From NCBI GenBank assembly GCA_044463245.1, contig JBIQMO010000002.1, forward strand, positions 10,338 to 74,337: a DNA stretch of 64,000 bases, read 5' to 3'. Below the pieces are notes generated by a model, which saw only the letters and a program-made list of their open reading frames with translations, searched no databases and was not told the DNA's origin. A program made the position numbers and the translations under genes. Source of the DNA: Gemmatimonas aurantiaca. GTDB taxonomy: Bacteria > Gemmatimonadota > Gemmatimonadetes > Gemmatimonadales > Gemmatimonadaceae. How positions within the stretch are numbered: position 1 is the first letter of the stretch; the number at the start of each line of letters is the position of its first letter. This document shows, piece by piece, positions 10,182 to 19,865 of this stretch.

Positions 10182-11489
10182 ATGAGCACCGATCTCAGAC
10201 TATCCACGGCGAAGATCGTCCGGCCCGACAAGGACCACTTCCTGAACGAAGACAATCCGTTCGACGACATGATGTCTCGCTTCGGCCACGCCGCCGAGCT
10301 GCTGGACCTCGAGCCTGGGCTGTACAAGATCCTGCGAAGTTGCGAGAAGGAAATCACGATCTCGGTACCAATCATGATGGACAACGGCGAGATCGAGGTA
10401 TTCACGGGCTACCGTGTGCTGCACAACACGTCGAGAGGTCCGGCCAAGGGCGGGATCCGCTTCGACGAGCACGTCAGTCTCGACGAAGTGAAGGCGCTCG
10501 CGGCGTGGATGACCTGGAAGTGCGCCGTGGTCAACATTCCCTTCGGCGGAGCCAAGGGCGGCGTGATCTGCGATCCGCTCAAGCTGAGCGTCAACGAGCT
10601 GGAGCGCCTCACCCGCCGCTACACGGCGGGGATCATCAACACGCTCGGCCCCGATTCCGACGTCCCCGCTCCGGACGTGAACACGAACGAGCGTGTGATG
10701 GCGTGGGTCATGGACACCTACTCGATGCACGTCGGCCACACGGTGACGTCCGTCGTCACCGGGAAGCCGATCGAGATGGGCGGTTCGCTCGGCCGGCGCG
10801 AAGCCACCGGACGCGGCGTGATGCTCGTCCTCCTTGCGGCGCTCAAGAAGCAGGGGATGGACGTGCGTGGCACGCGCGTCGCGGTTCAGGGCTTCGGCAA
10901 CGTGGGCTCCGTGGCCGCGCGGCTCCTGCAGGAGCGGGGATGCATCATCACGGCGATCGGCGACCGCTCGGGTGCATTCCACAACGAGAAGGGAGTCGAC
11001 GTCCCCAGAGCGATCGAGTACGTGAAGAAGCACAAGTCGCTCGAGGGCTACACCGAGGGTGACAGTATCACCAACGAGGAGCTCCTCACGCTCGACGTGG
11101 ACGTGCTGGTTCCCGCCGCGCTGGAGAACGTGATCACTCGCAAGAACGCCGCGAAGGTTCGCGCCAGGATCATCTGCGAAGGTGCCAACGGCCCCACCAC
11201 GGCACCCGCCGATGCGATCCTCGACGAACAGGGCGTCTTCGTGATCCCCGACATCCTCGCCAATGCCGGCGGCGTCACGGTCTCCTACTTCGAGTGGGTG
11301 CAGGACCGCAGCGGCTACTTCTGGACGCTCGACACCGTGAACGAGCGACTGCAGCACATCATGCAGTCGAGCTTCCACGATGTTCTCGAGCTCTCCAACA
11401 GCCACAAGGTGAACATGCGTACCGCCGCCTACATGCTCGCCATCTCGCGTGTGGCCACGGTGCATCGCTTGAGAGGGATTTACGCGTGA
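10182..11489 (+). CDS. gdh: Glutamate dehydrogenase (Glu/Leu/Phe/Val dehydrogenase family)
   Basis: [17 protein letters not shown] and Rossmann GFGNVG. The true ATG is at 10182 (residue 237 of the ORF-track ORF, which starts inside lpxK). Confidence 0.9.
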   Translation: MSTDLRLSTAKIVRPDKDHFLNEDNPFDDMMSRFGHAAELLDLEPGLYKILRSCEKEITISVPIMMDNGEIEVFTGYRVLHNTSRGPAKGGIRFDEHVSLDEVKALAAWMTWKCAVVNIPFGGAKGGVICDPLKLSVNELERLTRRYTAGIINTLGPDSDVPAPDVNTNERVMAWVMDTYSMHVGHTVTSVVTGKPIEMGGSLGRREATGRGVMLVLLAALKKQGMDVRGTRVAVQGFGNVGSVAARLLQERGCIITAIGDRSGAFHNEKGVDVPRAIEYVKKHKSLEGYTEGDSITNEELLTLDVDVLVPAALENVITRKNAAKVRARIICEGANGPTTAPADAILDEQGVFVIPDILANAGGVTVSYFEWVQDRSGYFWTLDTVNERLQHIMQSSFHDVLELSNSHKVNMRTAAYMLAISRVATVHRLRGIYA

Positions 11490-11510
11490 GGAGGGGGGAG
11501 GGGACGAGGA

Positions 11511-11762
11511 ACAGTGAACCGCGAGGGTTCAGGAGGCAGGGTTCAGGGTTCAGGAACTACAGTTAGGAGGGAACAGGGAACAGGGAACTGCACACCACTC
11601 GAGTCATCCCCGCGCAAGCGGGGATCCATGTTCAGTCCGGCTAACATGGATTCCCGCTTGCGCGGGAATGACGGTAGCGGTAGACGCAGTTCCTGAACCC
11701 TGAACCCTGCCTCCTGAACCCTGTAGTTCCCGCCCTGCCTCCTGAACCCTGTAGTTCACTGT
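11511..11762. repeat. Nested inverted-repeat (MITE/REP-like foldback) element filling the gdh-rlmH spacer
   Basis: The 35-nt arm at 11524-11558 is the exact reverse complement of 11688-11722. The inner 29-nt arms, 11604-11632 and 11643-11671, have 2 mismatches. The right arm is partly duplicated (11707-11729 and 11735-11757). Confidence 0.8.
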
Positions 11763-11780
11763 TTCCCATTCCCTTTCCCC

Positions 11781-12245
11781 ATGCGCCTCCTTCTCATCTC
11801 GGTCGGGAAGATTCGAGTGAAAGAGATGGGCGCTCTCGTGGGGGAGTACGAGAAGAGGGCAGGGAGGTACTGGCCACTGGAAGTTGTGGAAGTGAGGGAG
11901 GAGTCGGCGCGGTCGCGGACCGCGGTGGAGGTGAAGGCGAGGGAGGGAGAGCGCCTGCTCGAAGCGGCCGAGGGCGCGCTCGTGGTGGCGTGCGACGAGC
12001 GGGGAACGATGCTCCGGTCCGAGGAGTTCGCCGAGTGGTTGCGGGACGAGCGGGAAAAGGCGGTGCGGGATGTAGCGTTCGTGATCGGCGGTGCATACGG
12101 TCTCTCCGAGGAGGTGCTCGGACGCGCCGACAGACGCATGGCTCTGGCGCGCTGGACACTTCCGCACGAGCTGGCGCGCCTGGTTCTCGTCGAGCAACTG
12201 TACAGGGCGGGCACGATCCTTCGCGGAGAGCCATACCACAAGTGA
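11781..12245 (+). CDS. rlmH: 23S rRNA (pseudouridine1915-N3)-methyltransferase RlmH
   Basis: 154-aa SPOUT protein with FVIGGAYGLSEEV and WTLPHELARLVLVEQLYRA..GEPYHK. Confidence 0.9.
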   Translation: MRLLLISVGKIRVKEMGALVGEYEKRAGRYWPLEVVEVREESARSRTAVEVKAREGERLLEAAEGALVVACDERGTMLRSEEFAEWLRDEREKAVRDVAFVIGGAYGLSEEVLGRADRRMALARWTLPHELARLVLVEQLYRAGTILRGEPYHK

Positions 12246-12270
12246 GACGTCGAACCACTTTTCTTTGTCG

Positions 12271-13857
12271 ATGACGGACTTTCGCGTTCTCACGCGGGCG
12301 CTGGGCGCATCCGGCCTCGCGCGACTGGCGCTGAGCGGCGATTCACCAGAGGGTTGGTATCCTGCGGCCCCGTCGAGTGCGGACGAGTGGCGCGCCCGCG
12401 CGGAGTCGGTGCGTCGCGACTTCAGCGGCTCCGGCTGGCTAGCCGGCTTGAGCGATGCGTTTTCCGCTTCTACTGTCGCCGCGGAGCGGCTCGAGAGAGT
12501 CTCCAGGAGCGGCGGCGTGGTCATCACCACGGGGCAGCAACCCGGGCTCTTCGGCGGACCGATCTACACCTTCAGCAAGGCACTGAGCGCGCTCGCGCTC
12601 GCGGATGCTCTCGAGCGCGTCACGGGCATCCCCACCGCGCCCGTGTTCTGGGCGGCCACGTACGACGCCGACTTCGCCGAGTCGAGCGTGACGTACGTGG
12701 CGATCGGAGAGACGGTGGAGCGGCTGCAGATGGCCGCGCCGCCGGTAGCGGATCTCGAGATGTGCGACACCCCGCTCGGCGACGTGAGTGCGCAGGCGCG
12801 CGTCCTCGAGCGAGCGGCCGGCTCGGCTGCCGATCCGGCGGTGATGGAGCTGTTGCGCTCGTCCTATGCGCGTGACGCCACGGTGGGAAGTGCGTTCGTG
12901 GCGCTCCTGCGCGGAGTGCTGGAGCCGCTGGGGATCGCGGTGCTCGATGCCGCGCATCCATCGGTGCGCAGCGCGGAGCGCCCGCTCATGCTGAAGGCAC
13001 TCGAGCGCGCGAAGGTGCTGGATGAATCGCTCGCCGAGCGCGAGAGCGAGCTGCGCGAGCACGGCCACGAGCCGAAGGTGGCGCACGTGGAAGGATTGTC
13101 GCTCGTGTTCGAGGTGAAGGCCGGGGCGCGCGAGCGGATCCCGATCGGCCCGGCGCAGCTCGCGGCGGAGGATTCGTCCTGGGCGACGCTGGAGCCGAAC
13201 GTGCTGCTTCGCCCAGTCGCCGAGCGGGCGATTCTTCCCACGGTCGCGTATGCCGCGGGCCCGGGCGAGCTGGGATACTTCGCGCAGGTGAGCGCGGTTG
13301 CCGATGCGCTCGGTGCGGCGCAGCCGCTGGCGCTGCCTCGCTGGTCCGGCACCATTGTGGAGCCGCACGTGCGGCGCATCCTCGAGCGCAATGGGCTGGA
13401 GGTGGGAGACCTGGCGAACGCCGATGCCACGCTCGGTCGTCTCGCGCGCGAGCTGCTCCCCGATCGCGTCCGCGGCGCGCTGGCGGGCTACCGCGCCGCT
13501 CTCGAGCGAGCCGCCGACGAGCTCGCGGCCGCCGTCGGTGAGGGAGCTGCGCCGCTCGTACCCGATCCGGTACTCACCGGTGCGCGGAACAGCATCGGGC
13601 ACCGCCTCGACCGGCTCGAACGTCGCGTCGTTGCCGCGTCGAAGCGGACGCACGAGCAGCTGGTGCGCGACGTCGAGACGGCGCGAGCATCGCTCTACCC
13701 GCTCGGCCGCCCCCAGGAGCGGATGCTCAATCTCATGCCGCTGCTCGCGCGCCATGGCGAGTTGCTTCTCGAGGCGATGCTCGAGGCTGCGAGGGAGCAC
13801 GCCGCATCGCTGGTGGAAGGAACGCTGGCCGCTACGGGAAGAGCGATCGGGCGGTGA
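12271..13857 (+). CDS. bshC: Bacillithiol biosynthesis cysteine-adding enzyme BshC-like
   Basis: TGQQPGLFGGPIYTFSKALSA motif and ~530 aa length. ATG 12271 is residue 61 of the ORF-track ORF. Confidence 0.72.
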   Translation: MTDFRVLTRALGASGLARLALSGDSPEGWYPAAPSSADEWRARAESVRRDFSGSGWLAGLSDAFSASTVAAERLERVSRSGGVVITTGQQPGLFGGPIYTFSKALSALALADALERVTGIPTAPVFWAATYDADFAESSVTYVAIGETVERLQMAAPPVADLEMCDTPLGDVSAQARVLERAAGSAADPAVMELLRSSYARDATVGSAFVALLRGVLEPLGIAVLDAAHPSVRSAERPLMLKALERAKVLDESLAERESELREHGHEPKVAHVEGLSLVFEVKAGARERIPIGPAQLAAEDSSWATLEPNVLLRPVAERAILPTVAYAAGPGELGYFAQVSAVADALGAAQPLALPRWSGTIVEPHVRRILERNGLEVGDLANADATLGRLARELLPDRVRGALAGYRAALERAADELAAAVGEGAAPLVPDPVLTGARNSIGHRLDRLERRVVAASKRTHEQLVRDVETARASLYPLGRPQERMLNLMPLLARHGELLLEAMLEAAREHAASLVEGTLAATGRAIGR

Positions 13858-15455
13858 CTACCGAGGTGCGCGCTCCGACCCTACCCGCGCGGCGCGCCGA
13901 ACGCACTGGTCGCTTCGCGGTGCTGGTGGCAGCGGGAATCCTGCTCAGCCGCCTCTTCGGGCTGGTGCGCCAGCGCTTCCTCAGTCACTACCTCGGCCTC
14001 GGTCCGGCGGCCGACGCATTCAACGCGGCGTTCAGGATCCCGAACTCGCTGCAGAACCTGTTCGGGGAAGGGGTTCTCTCGGCGTCGTTCATCCCGGTCT
14101 ATGCGCGGCTCCTCGCGCAGGGTGAGGAGAAGGAAGCGACGCGCGTGGCAAACGCGGTGGCGACGCTGCTCGCGCTCACCATGGCGGTGCTCGTTCTCAT
14201 AGGCGTTCTCGCTGCACCGCTGCTCGTGGATGTCATCGTACCGGGCTTCGAAGGCGCGACCCGCGAGCTCACCGTACGGCTGGTACGGATACTCTTTCCA
14301 GGCGTCGGCATCCTCGTTCTCGCGTCGTGGTGCCTCGGAGTGCTCAACAGCCATCGGCGCTTCCTGCTGTCGTACACGGCGCCGGTGGTGTGGAATCTCG
14401 CCATAATCGCTTCGCTGCTCTGGTACGGCGGGCGCGTGGGACAGTTCTCGCTCGCGGTGATCGCGGCCTGGGGCGCCGTGGTCGGGAGCGCACTTCAGCT
14501 CGCGGTGCAGGCGCCCGTTGCGATCCGTTTGCTCTCGGGCTTTCGCCCCGTGCTCGATGTCGCATCGAAGCACGTGCGCACCGTCGTGCGCAACTTCGGG
14601 CCCGTGTTCGTGGGGCGCGGCGTGGTGCAGGTGAGCGGATACGTCGACGTGCTTCTGGCGAGCCTGCTGCCGGTGGGCGCCGCGGCCGGACTCACCACGG
14701 CGCAGACGCTGTACATGCTCCCGGTGAGTCTCTTCGGGATGTCGATCTCGGCAGCCGAGCTTCCCACGATGTCGAGCGCGCATGGCGAGGCGGATGAAGT
14801 AGCCGCCACGCTGCGCACGCGACTCGACGCGGGGCTGCGCCGGATCGCGTTTCTCGTGGTGCCCTCGGCGATGGTGTTCCTCGCGCTCGGCGATGTGCTC
14901 GCCGGCGCGCTCTTCCAGACGGGAGAATTCACGCGCAGCGATTCCGTGTACGTGTGGGCGATTCTCGCCGGCTCCGCCGTGGGGCTCCTCGCCAACACGC
15001 TCGGGCGACTCTACTCGTCCACCTACTACGCACTGCACGACACGCGCACGCCGCTCCGCTTCGCGATCGTTCGCGTAACGCTCACGATGGCGCTCGGCTA
15101 TCTCTTCGCCATTCCGCTTCCGCCGCTCCTCGGGATAGATCCGCGCTGGGGCGTCGCGGGGCTCACCGTCTCGGCCGGGCTGGCTGGGTGGGTGGAGTTC
15201 GCGCTGCTCAGGCGGGGGCTGAATCGGAGGATCGGCCAGACCGGTCTCCGCAGCGGCTTCGTCACGCGGCTCTGGCTCGCCGCTGGCATCTCGGCGGCGG
15301 TGGCATGGGGAGTGAAGCTCGCGATGGGGACGGGTCATCCCATTCTGCTCGCGATCGCAGCTTTCGCGCCGTACGGCATCGCTTACTTCGCCCTCACCGG
15401 CGCGATGGGACTCTCCGAATCGAGGACGATCATTCGCTCCATCCTGCGTCGCTGA
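13854..15455 (+). CDS. murJ: Lipid II flippase MurJ
   Basis: FRIPNSLQNLFGEGVLSASFIPVYA motif in a 533-aa polytopic hydrophobic protein. GTG overlaps the bshC stop (GTGA). Confidence 0.88.
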   Translation: MTTEVRAPTLPARRAERTGRFAVLVAAGILLSRLFGLVRQRFLSHYLGLGPAADAFNAAFRIPNSLQNLFGEGVLSASFIPVYARLLAQGEEKEATRVANAVATLLALTMAVLVLIGVLAAPLLVDVIVPGFEGATRELTVRLVRILFPGVGILVLASWCLGVLNSHRRFLLSYTAPVVWNLAIIASLLWYGGRVGQFSLAVIAAWGAVVGSALQLAVQAPVAIRLLSGFRPVLDVASKHVRTVVRNFGPVFVGRGVVQVSGYVDVLLASLLPVGAAAGLTTAQTLYMLPVSLFGMSISAAELPTMSSAHGEADEVAATLRTRLDAGLRRIAFLVVPSAMVFLALGDVLAGALFQTGEFTRSDSVYVWAILAGSAVGLLANTLGRLYSSTYYALHDTRTPLRFAIVRVTLTMALGYLFAIPLPPLLGIDPRWGVAGLTVSAGLAGWVEFALLRRGLNRRIGQTGLRSGFVTRLWLAAGISAAVAWGVKLAMGTGHPILLAIAAFAPYGIAYFALTGAMGLSESRTIIRSILRR

Positions 15456-15530
15456 GGCCGGGCAGCGCTCCTGAACGGTTATATTTCACAGAGCCGCGCG
15501 ACGCGGTCCGTGAAGCAGTGTTGGAGCGAA

Positions 15531-17531
15531 ATGTCGATGATGGAAGCGCCCGAGCGGGTCGCCAGCAAGATTAGCCACCTCCCCGAATCGCCGGGCGTCT
15601 ACCTCTGGAAGGACGCCGGGGGTGAGGTGCTGTACGTCGGAAAGGCGAAGCGGCTCCGGTCCCGGGTGCGCAGCTATTTCACGGGCGACCATTCGGCGAG
15701 CCCCAAGACGCGCGCGCTCGTGCAGCGGATCGCCGACGTCGAGACCATCGTGGTCCCGTCCGAGGCCCACGCTCTCATCCTCGAGTCCAACCTCATCAAG
15801 GAGCACAGGCCGCGCTTCAACATCGCGCTCCGAGATGACAAGTCGTACCCCTACATCAAGGTCACGGTAAACGAGCCCTTCCCGCGGCTCCTCGTGACGC
15901 GGCGGCTGGAGAACGACGGCGCTCGCTACTTCGGGCCGTACACCGACGTCGGAGCGATGCGTCACGCCCTCAGGGTGGTGAAGCGCGTCTTCACCGTGAG
16001 GTCGTGCAATTACGACATGCCGCGCGAGATGCCGGAGCGCGCCTGCCTCGACTATCACATCGGACGCTGCAAGGCGCCGTGCATACTCGCACAGAGTCAT
16101 GCCGAGTACCGGCAGATGATCGATGAAGTCGTGCTCTTCCTCGAGGGAAGGACCAGTGAGCTCACGCATCGCATTCGCGAGCGGATGGAAGAGGCCGCGG
16201 CGCGGCTCGATTTCGAGGGCGCCGCGGAGCTGCGCGACGTGCTCGCGCATCTCGAGCGGATGCAGAGTCCCACGGTGGTGATGGAAGTGGGCGGGAGCGA
16301 TCGGGATGTGGTCGGTTACGCGCGCGACGGAAGCGAAGCGTGCGCCACGCTTCTGCGCGTGCGCTCGGGCCGCCTCCTCGGACGCGAGCACCAGTTCCTC
16401 GAGAACCTGGACGGTGAGGAGGATTCGGCGGTGCTCGCCGCCTTCCTCGTGCGCGCGTATCTCCCGGCGGAGGAGCACGCGCGCGAGCTGCTCCTCCCCT
16501 TCGAGTTCGACGATCGCGAGCTGATCGAGGAGGCGCTTCCGGAAGTAAGAGTCTGGGTGCCGCAGCGCGGTCCACGCAGGCAGCTCATCGATCTCGCCGA
16601 GCAGAACGCGAGGCATCTCCTCGAGGAGCAGCGGCTCTCCGACATGGTCGCTACCGAGCGCGCCACCGATCCGGTTTACGCTCTGCAGCGCGACCTCGGG
16701 CTCCAGACGCTCCCGCGCTCGCTCGTTTGCTTCGACATCTCCACCGCGCAGGGCACGGACACGGTGGCGTCGTGCGTCTGGTTCGAGAACGGTCGGCCGA
16801 AGCGTGGCGAGTACCGCAAGTTCAGGATCAAGACCGTGGAGGGGACGGACGACTTCGCGTCGATGCACGAGGTGGTGACGCGCTACTTCAAGCGCCGCAT
16901 GGAGGGCGAGAAGCCGCTCCCCGATCTCGTGGTCATCGACGGCGGTAAGGGGCAGCTCTCCTCCGCGCGGGTGGCACTCGAGGAACTGGGGCTCGGCGCG
17001 CTGCAGACTATAAGTCTCGCGAAGCGCGAGGAGGAGATATACTTCCCGGGGCGCTCCGAGCCGCTCCGGCTTCCGCGCCGCTCCGCGGGCCTCCGCCTCC
17101 TGCAGCGCGCGCGCGACGAAGCGCATCGCTTCGCCATCACGTACAACCGCAAGCGGCGCAGCATGCGCACGGTCACGTCGGAGCTGCTCGACATCCCCGG
17201 GATCGGCCCGAAGCGACGCCGCGAGCTGCTGCGCGCGTTCGGGAGCGTGCGCGGAGTCCGCGAGGCGAAGGAGGAAGAGATCGCGAAGCTCCCCGGCTTC
17301 AGCGCGGCGGCCGCGAAGCGCGTACTCGATGTGCTCAACGATCGGCACCCGGAGTCCGCCGCCGAAGAGCTCTCGCCCTCGGGAACCGGCGTCGCCGCTG
17401 CCGAGGGCGAAGCGACGCGGCCAGCCGCGGAAGCGAGCATGGGCCGCGTCGATACCAACCAGCCGGACAATGACGCCGACACCGATGTCGTGCGGCAATC
17501 CCCGACACTCACCACGAATTCATCCACATGA
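15531..17531 (+). CDS. uvrC: Excinuclease ABC subunit UvrC
   Basis: GIY-YIG N-terminus (PGVYLWKD..VLYVGKAKRLRSRV) and a C-terminal helix-hairpin-helix (IPGIGPKRRRELL). The start is one of ATG 15531, 15537 or 15540. Confidence 0.92.
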   Translation: MSMMEAPERVASKISHLPESPGVYLWKDAGGEVLYVGKAKRLRSRVRSYFTGDHSASPKTRALVQRIADVETIVVPSEAHALILESNLIKEHRPRFNIALRDDKSYPYIKVTVNEPFPRLLVTRRLENDGARYFGPYTDVGAMRHALRVVKRVFTVRSCNYDMPREMPERACLDYHIGRCKAPCILAQSHAEYRQMIDEVVLFLEGRTSELTHRIRERMEEAAARLDFEGAAELRDVLAHLERMQSPTVVMEVGGSDRDVVGYARDGSEACATLLRVRSGRLLGREHQFLENLDGEEDSAVLAAFLVRAYLPAEEHARELLLPFEFDDRELIEEALPEVRVWVPQRGPRRQLIDLAEQNARHLLEEQRLSDMVATERATDPVYALQRDLGLQTLPRSLVCFDISTAQGTDTVASCVWFENGRPKRGEYRKFRIKTVEGTDDFASMHEVVTRYFKRRMEGEKPLPDLVVIDGGKGQLSSARVALEELGLGALQTISLAKREEEIYFPGRSEPLRLPRRSAGLRLLQRARDEAHRFAITYNRKRRSMRTVTSELLDIPGIGPKRRRELLRAFGSVRGVREAKEEEIAKLPGFSAAAAKRVLDVLNDRHPESAAEELSPSGTGVAAAEGEATRPAAEASMGRVDTNQPDNDADTDVVRQSPTLTTNSST

Positions 17532-18673
17532 CAGACTGGACTCTCACCTGCTCGGCGTGTGATCACACCGAGCGGGGAGATGCACTGGCCACGGTGTGTC
17601 CCACCTGCGGCCAGCCCTACCTCGTGCGCTACGCGGAGCTTCCGACGTCGCGCGATTCGCTCCTCGACCGCTGCGACATGTGGCGGTACTCGGCGCTTCT
17701 CCCGCTCTGCGACGACGAGGCCCCGGTGTCGCTCGGCGAGGGAGCCACACCGCTGCTGGAGCGGCCGACGCTCGCACGCGCCATCGGCGTTCGCCGGCTC
17801 TGGGTGAAGGATGAGGGGCTGAATCCCACCGGCTCCTTCAAGGCGCGCGGAATGAGCACGGCGGTGACGCGTGCGCGCGCCCTCGGAGTGCCGGGTCTCG
17901 TGGTGCCCACCGCCGGAAACGCCGGCGCTGCGCTCTCCGCGTACGGCGCGGCCGCGGGGCTTCCCGTGAAGGTATTCGCGCCGGCCACCACCCCACGCGG
18001 GATCCTCGGAACGATCAACGCGCTCGGCGCCGACCTGGTGACCGTGCCGGGTCACATAGGCGATGCGGGGCGCGAGGCGCGAGCGTTCGCAAAAGAGAGC
18101 GGCTTCTTCGATGTCTCCACGCTGCGCGAGCCGTACCGCATAGAGGGGAAGAAGACCATGGGGCTCGAGGTCGCCGAGCAGCTGGGATGGCGGCTCCCCG
18201 ACGCGATCGTGTATCCCACCGGCGGGGGCACTGGGCTCATCGGGATGTGGAAGGGCTTCGCCGAGCTGCGCGAGATGGGTTGGCTCGATGCGAGCGCGAA
18301 GCTCCCTCGCATGGTGAGCGCGCAGGCCGCCGGGTGCGCGCCGATCGTGCGCGCGTTCGAGGCGCATGCAACTAGCGCGGAGCCGTGGAAGGATCCAGCT
18401 ACGCATGCGAGCGGCCTGCGCGTGCCTGGTCCACTCGGCGATCGCCTCATTCTGCGGGCGCTCTACGAGAGTGACGGCCTCGCCGGCGCGGCGAGTGAGG
18501 ATGCGATCCGCGCGGCGACGGCGCAGCTCTCGCACGCGAGCGGAATAGACGCCTCGCCCGAGGGCGGCTGTGCCTTCGCGGTGTGCGCGCAACTCGTGGC
18601 CGCCGGGCGGATCGCGAGTGACGCCGAGGTGGTGATCTTCAACACCGGGAGCGGCGTGGGATACCGCGACTGA
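17528..18673 (+). CDS. thrC: Threonine synthase-like PLP enzyme
   Basis: PLP-lysine motif SFKARG and an N-terminal Cys4 ribbon (CSAC...CPTC). The ATG overlaps the uvrC stop (ATGA). Confidence 0.8.
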   Translation: MTDWTLTCSACDHTERGDALATVCPTCGQPYLVRYAELPTSRDSLLDRCDMWRYSALLPLCDDEAPVSLGEGATPLLERPTLARAIGVRRLWVKDEGLNPTGSFKARGMSTAVTRARALGVPGLVVPTAGNAGAALSAYGAAAGLPVKVFAPATTPRGILGTINALGADLVTVPGHIGDAGREARAFAKESGFFDVSTLREPYRIEGKKTMGLEVAEQLGWRLPDAIVYPTGGGTGLIGMWKGFAELREMGWLDASAKLPRMVSAQAAGCAPIVRAFEAHATSAEPWKDPATHASGLRVPGPLGDRLILRALYESDGLAGAASEDAIRAATAQLSHASGIDASPEGGCAFAVCAQLVAAGRIASDAEVVIFNTGSGVGYRD

Positions 18674-18689
18674 TGTGGGACGAGGCTGC

Positions 18690-18712
18690 GGGGCGAGAAG
18701 GTTTCTCGCCCC
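18690..18712. terminator. Hairpin between convergent thrC and the lipoprotein gene
   Basis: GGGGCGAGA-AGGTT-TCTCGCCCC, a 9-bp GC-rich stem starting 17 nt after the thrC stop. No clear U-tract. Confidence 0.5.
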
Positions 18713-18753
18713 GGCTACAGCCATGTTTATGGAGAGTTGCCGATGTCGTGGGC

Positions 18754-19674
18754 TCAGGGAACAGTGAAGTCCGCGAGCATTCCATGCCTGTCGTGTGGCG
18801 CGTCGTCCCCGGCATCTCTTACGCGACACACGACGCTGTAATTCCCGGGCTTCAGCTCGACGGGAATCAGTATCGTCCGACCTGGCTCGATGTCGGTGAT
18901 TCCTCCGTACGGCGTCACCGGCGGTGGTCCGTTCTGCGTGTCGATCCAGGTGATGAAGTCGCGCGACGTCTTGCCCGGTTGGAGGAGCGACAGTATCAGC
19001 TCGTGTCGCTGCGTGCCCGCGTTGGTGACCGCGATGAGGTGCTTGCCGCGCGTTGGCGGCTGCGAAAATTCGAAGCTGTAGTCGCGCAGCGTGACAGTAA
19101 TGTCCGCGGCGGCGAGCGCGGCCGGAGTGGCTTCGGGTGGTGGTGCAGCCGGTGTGACCGTGATGCTCTTGAGCATCCCCTTCATGAAGTGAATGCGGCC
19201 GTCGGGGCTTTTGACGTGGCAGAAGGCGACGTAGCTGCCTGGCTCGAGCATGACGGTGGCGATCGACTCTCCCCCCTTCGGCACGGCGTTCGGTCCGCCC
19301 GCCGCGTGCATCCACGCCGGGTGGGCGCCCCCTGCCTCGAGCGCGGCAAAGGCATCCCGGATGGTCTTTCCCGCATCGAGCCGGTAGAGCATGAGATGGT
19401 GCGGCTCCTTACCCTCGTTGCGGAGCTCGATGGTAGTGAGTCCCGAGGGAATCGTGTCGGGCATCTGGAACGCGTAGTCGCGCGTCACGACAGTGATCAC
19501 GTTGGACGCTTCACGCACGGCTTTGCTCGAAGAGTCCGAGCCCGCCCCGGCCTGGCGAGTCGCCTGCGGCGTTGCATCGGGCGCGCAACCGACAGCCGGG
19601 ATACTCAGCAGCGCGATCGCCAGCGGGACTGTCCACGCGCGCATCGGAGCAGAGGCAGAGAGCAGGAGAGCCAT
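18754..19674 (-). CDS. Lipoprotein with two tandem cupredoxin-like (type-1 copper) domains
   Basis: Lipobox-like LLSIPAVGC. There is an internal duplication, and each half carries a His...Tyr-x-x-x-Cys...His...Gly-Met pattern (YVAFCHVKSPDGRIHFMKGM and YSVVCRVRDAGDDAPHDRHGM). The start may be ATG 19644. Confidence 0.65.
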   Translation of the reverse strand: MALLLSASAPMRAWTVPLAIALLSIPAVGCAPDATPQATRQAGAGSDSSSKAVREASNVITVVTRDYAFQMPDTIPSGLTTIELRNEGKEPHHLMLYRLDAGKTIRDAFAALEAGGAHPAWMHAAGGPNAVPKGGESIATVMLEPGSYVAFCHVKSPDGRIHFMKGMLKSITVTPAAPPPEATPAALAAADITVTLRDYSFEFSQPPTRGKHLIAVTNAGTQRHELILSLLQPGKTSRDFITWIDTQNGPPPVTPYGGITDIEPGRTILIPVELKPGNYSVVCRVRDAGDDAPHDRHGMLADFTVP

Positions 19675-19865
19675 CCGAACCTCCTCGGGTTGTGCGCCGC
19701 GCTCCCGGCGGCAGGACCGGTGGCGGGCGACCCGATACTACCGCTCGACTGGCGCCGTGGCAATCGCGAGCCGGGACCCGGCGCCACAAGGCGCCGGCCC
19801 CAACCACCCGGAGACAGACGCGCGCACTAGCGTCTCGCTTCCTCGCACCGCTAATTTCTCCGGCT

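Noticed and set aside
11566-11590. Short tandem iterations (GGGAACA x3, GGGTTCA iterations) as a possible CRISPR array or VNTR
   Set aside because: There are only 2-3 units of 7 nt, no spacers and no cas genes. They are part of the foldback element.
11514-11696. 60-aa ORF inside the gdh-rlmH spacer
   Set aside because: It lies wholly within the nested inverted repeat, and its sequence is dictated by the repeat arms.
15486-17498. 670-aa minus-strand ORF antisense to uvrC. The same class includes 2913-4097, 5473-6228, 7159-8199, 8106-9179, 9061-10143, 10200-11465, 12439-13800, 13881-15338, 21228-22433, 22780-24018, 23727-25382, 25625-27019 and 35244-36692.
   Set aside because: All overlap plus-strand genes that have recognisable catalytic motifs and operon logic. 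Their compositions are junk-like.
16883-19315. 810-aa minus-strand ORF, the third-longest ORF in the track
   Set aside because: It lies antisense to uvrC, thrC and the lipoprotein gene, all of which carry clear family motifs. Its translation is Arg/Ala/Pro/Gly-rich with no motifs, which is the typical stop-free antisense frame of high-GC DNA.
19675-19865. A metal riboswitch or ncRNA upstream of larC
   Set aside because: The spacer is GC-rich with some pairing potential, but I cannot match it to any riboswitch consensus from memory. It is probably just a divergent promoter region.
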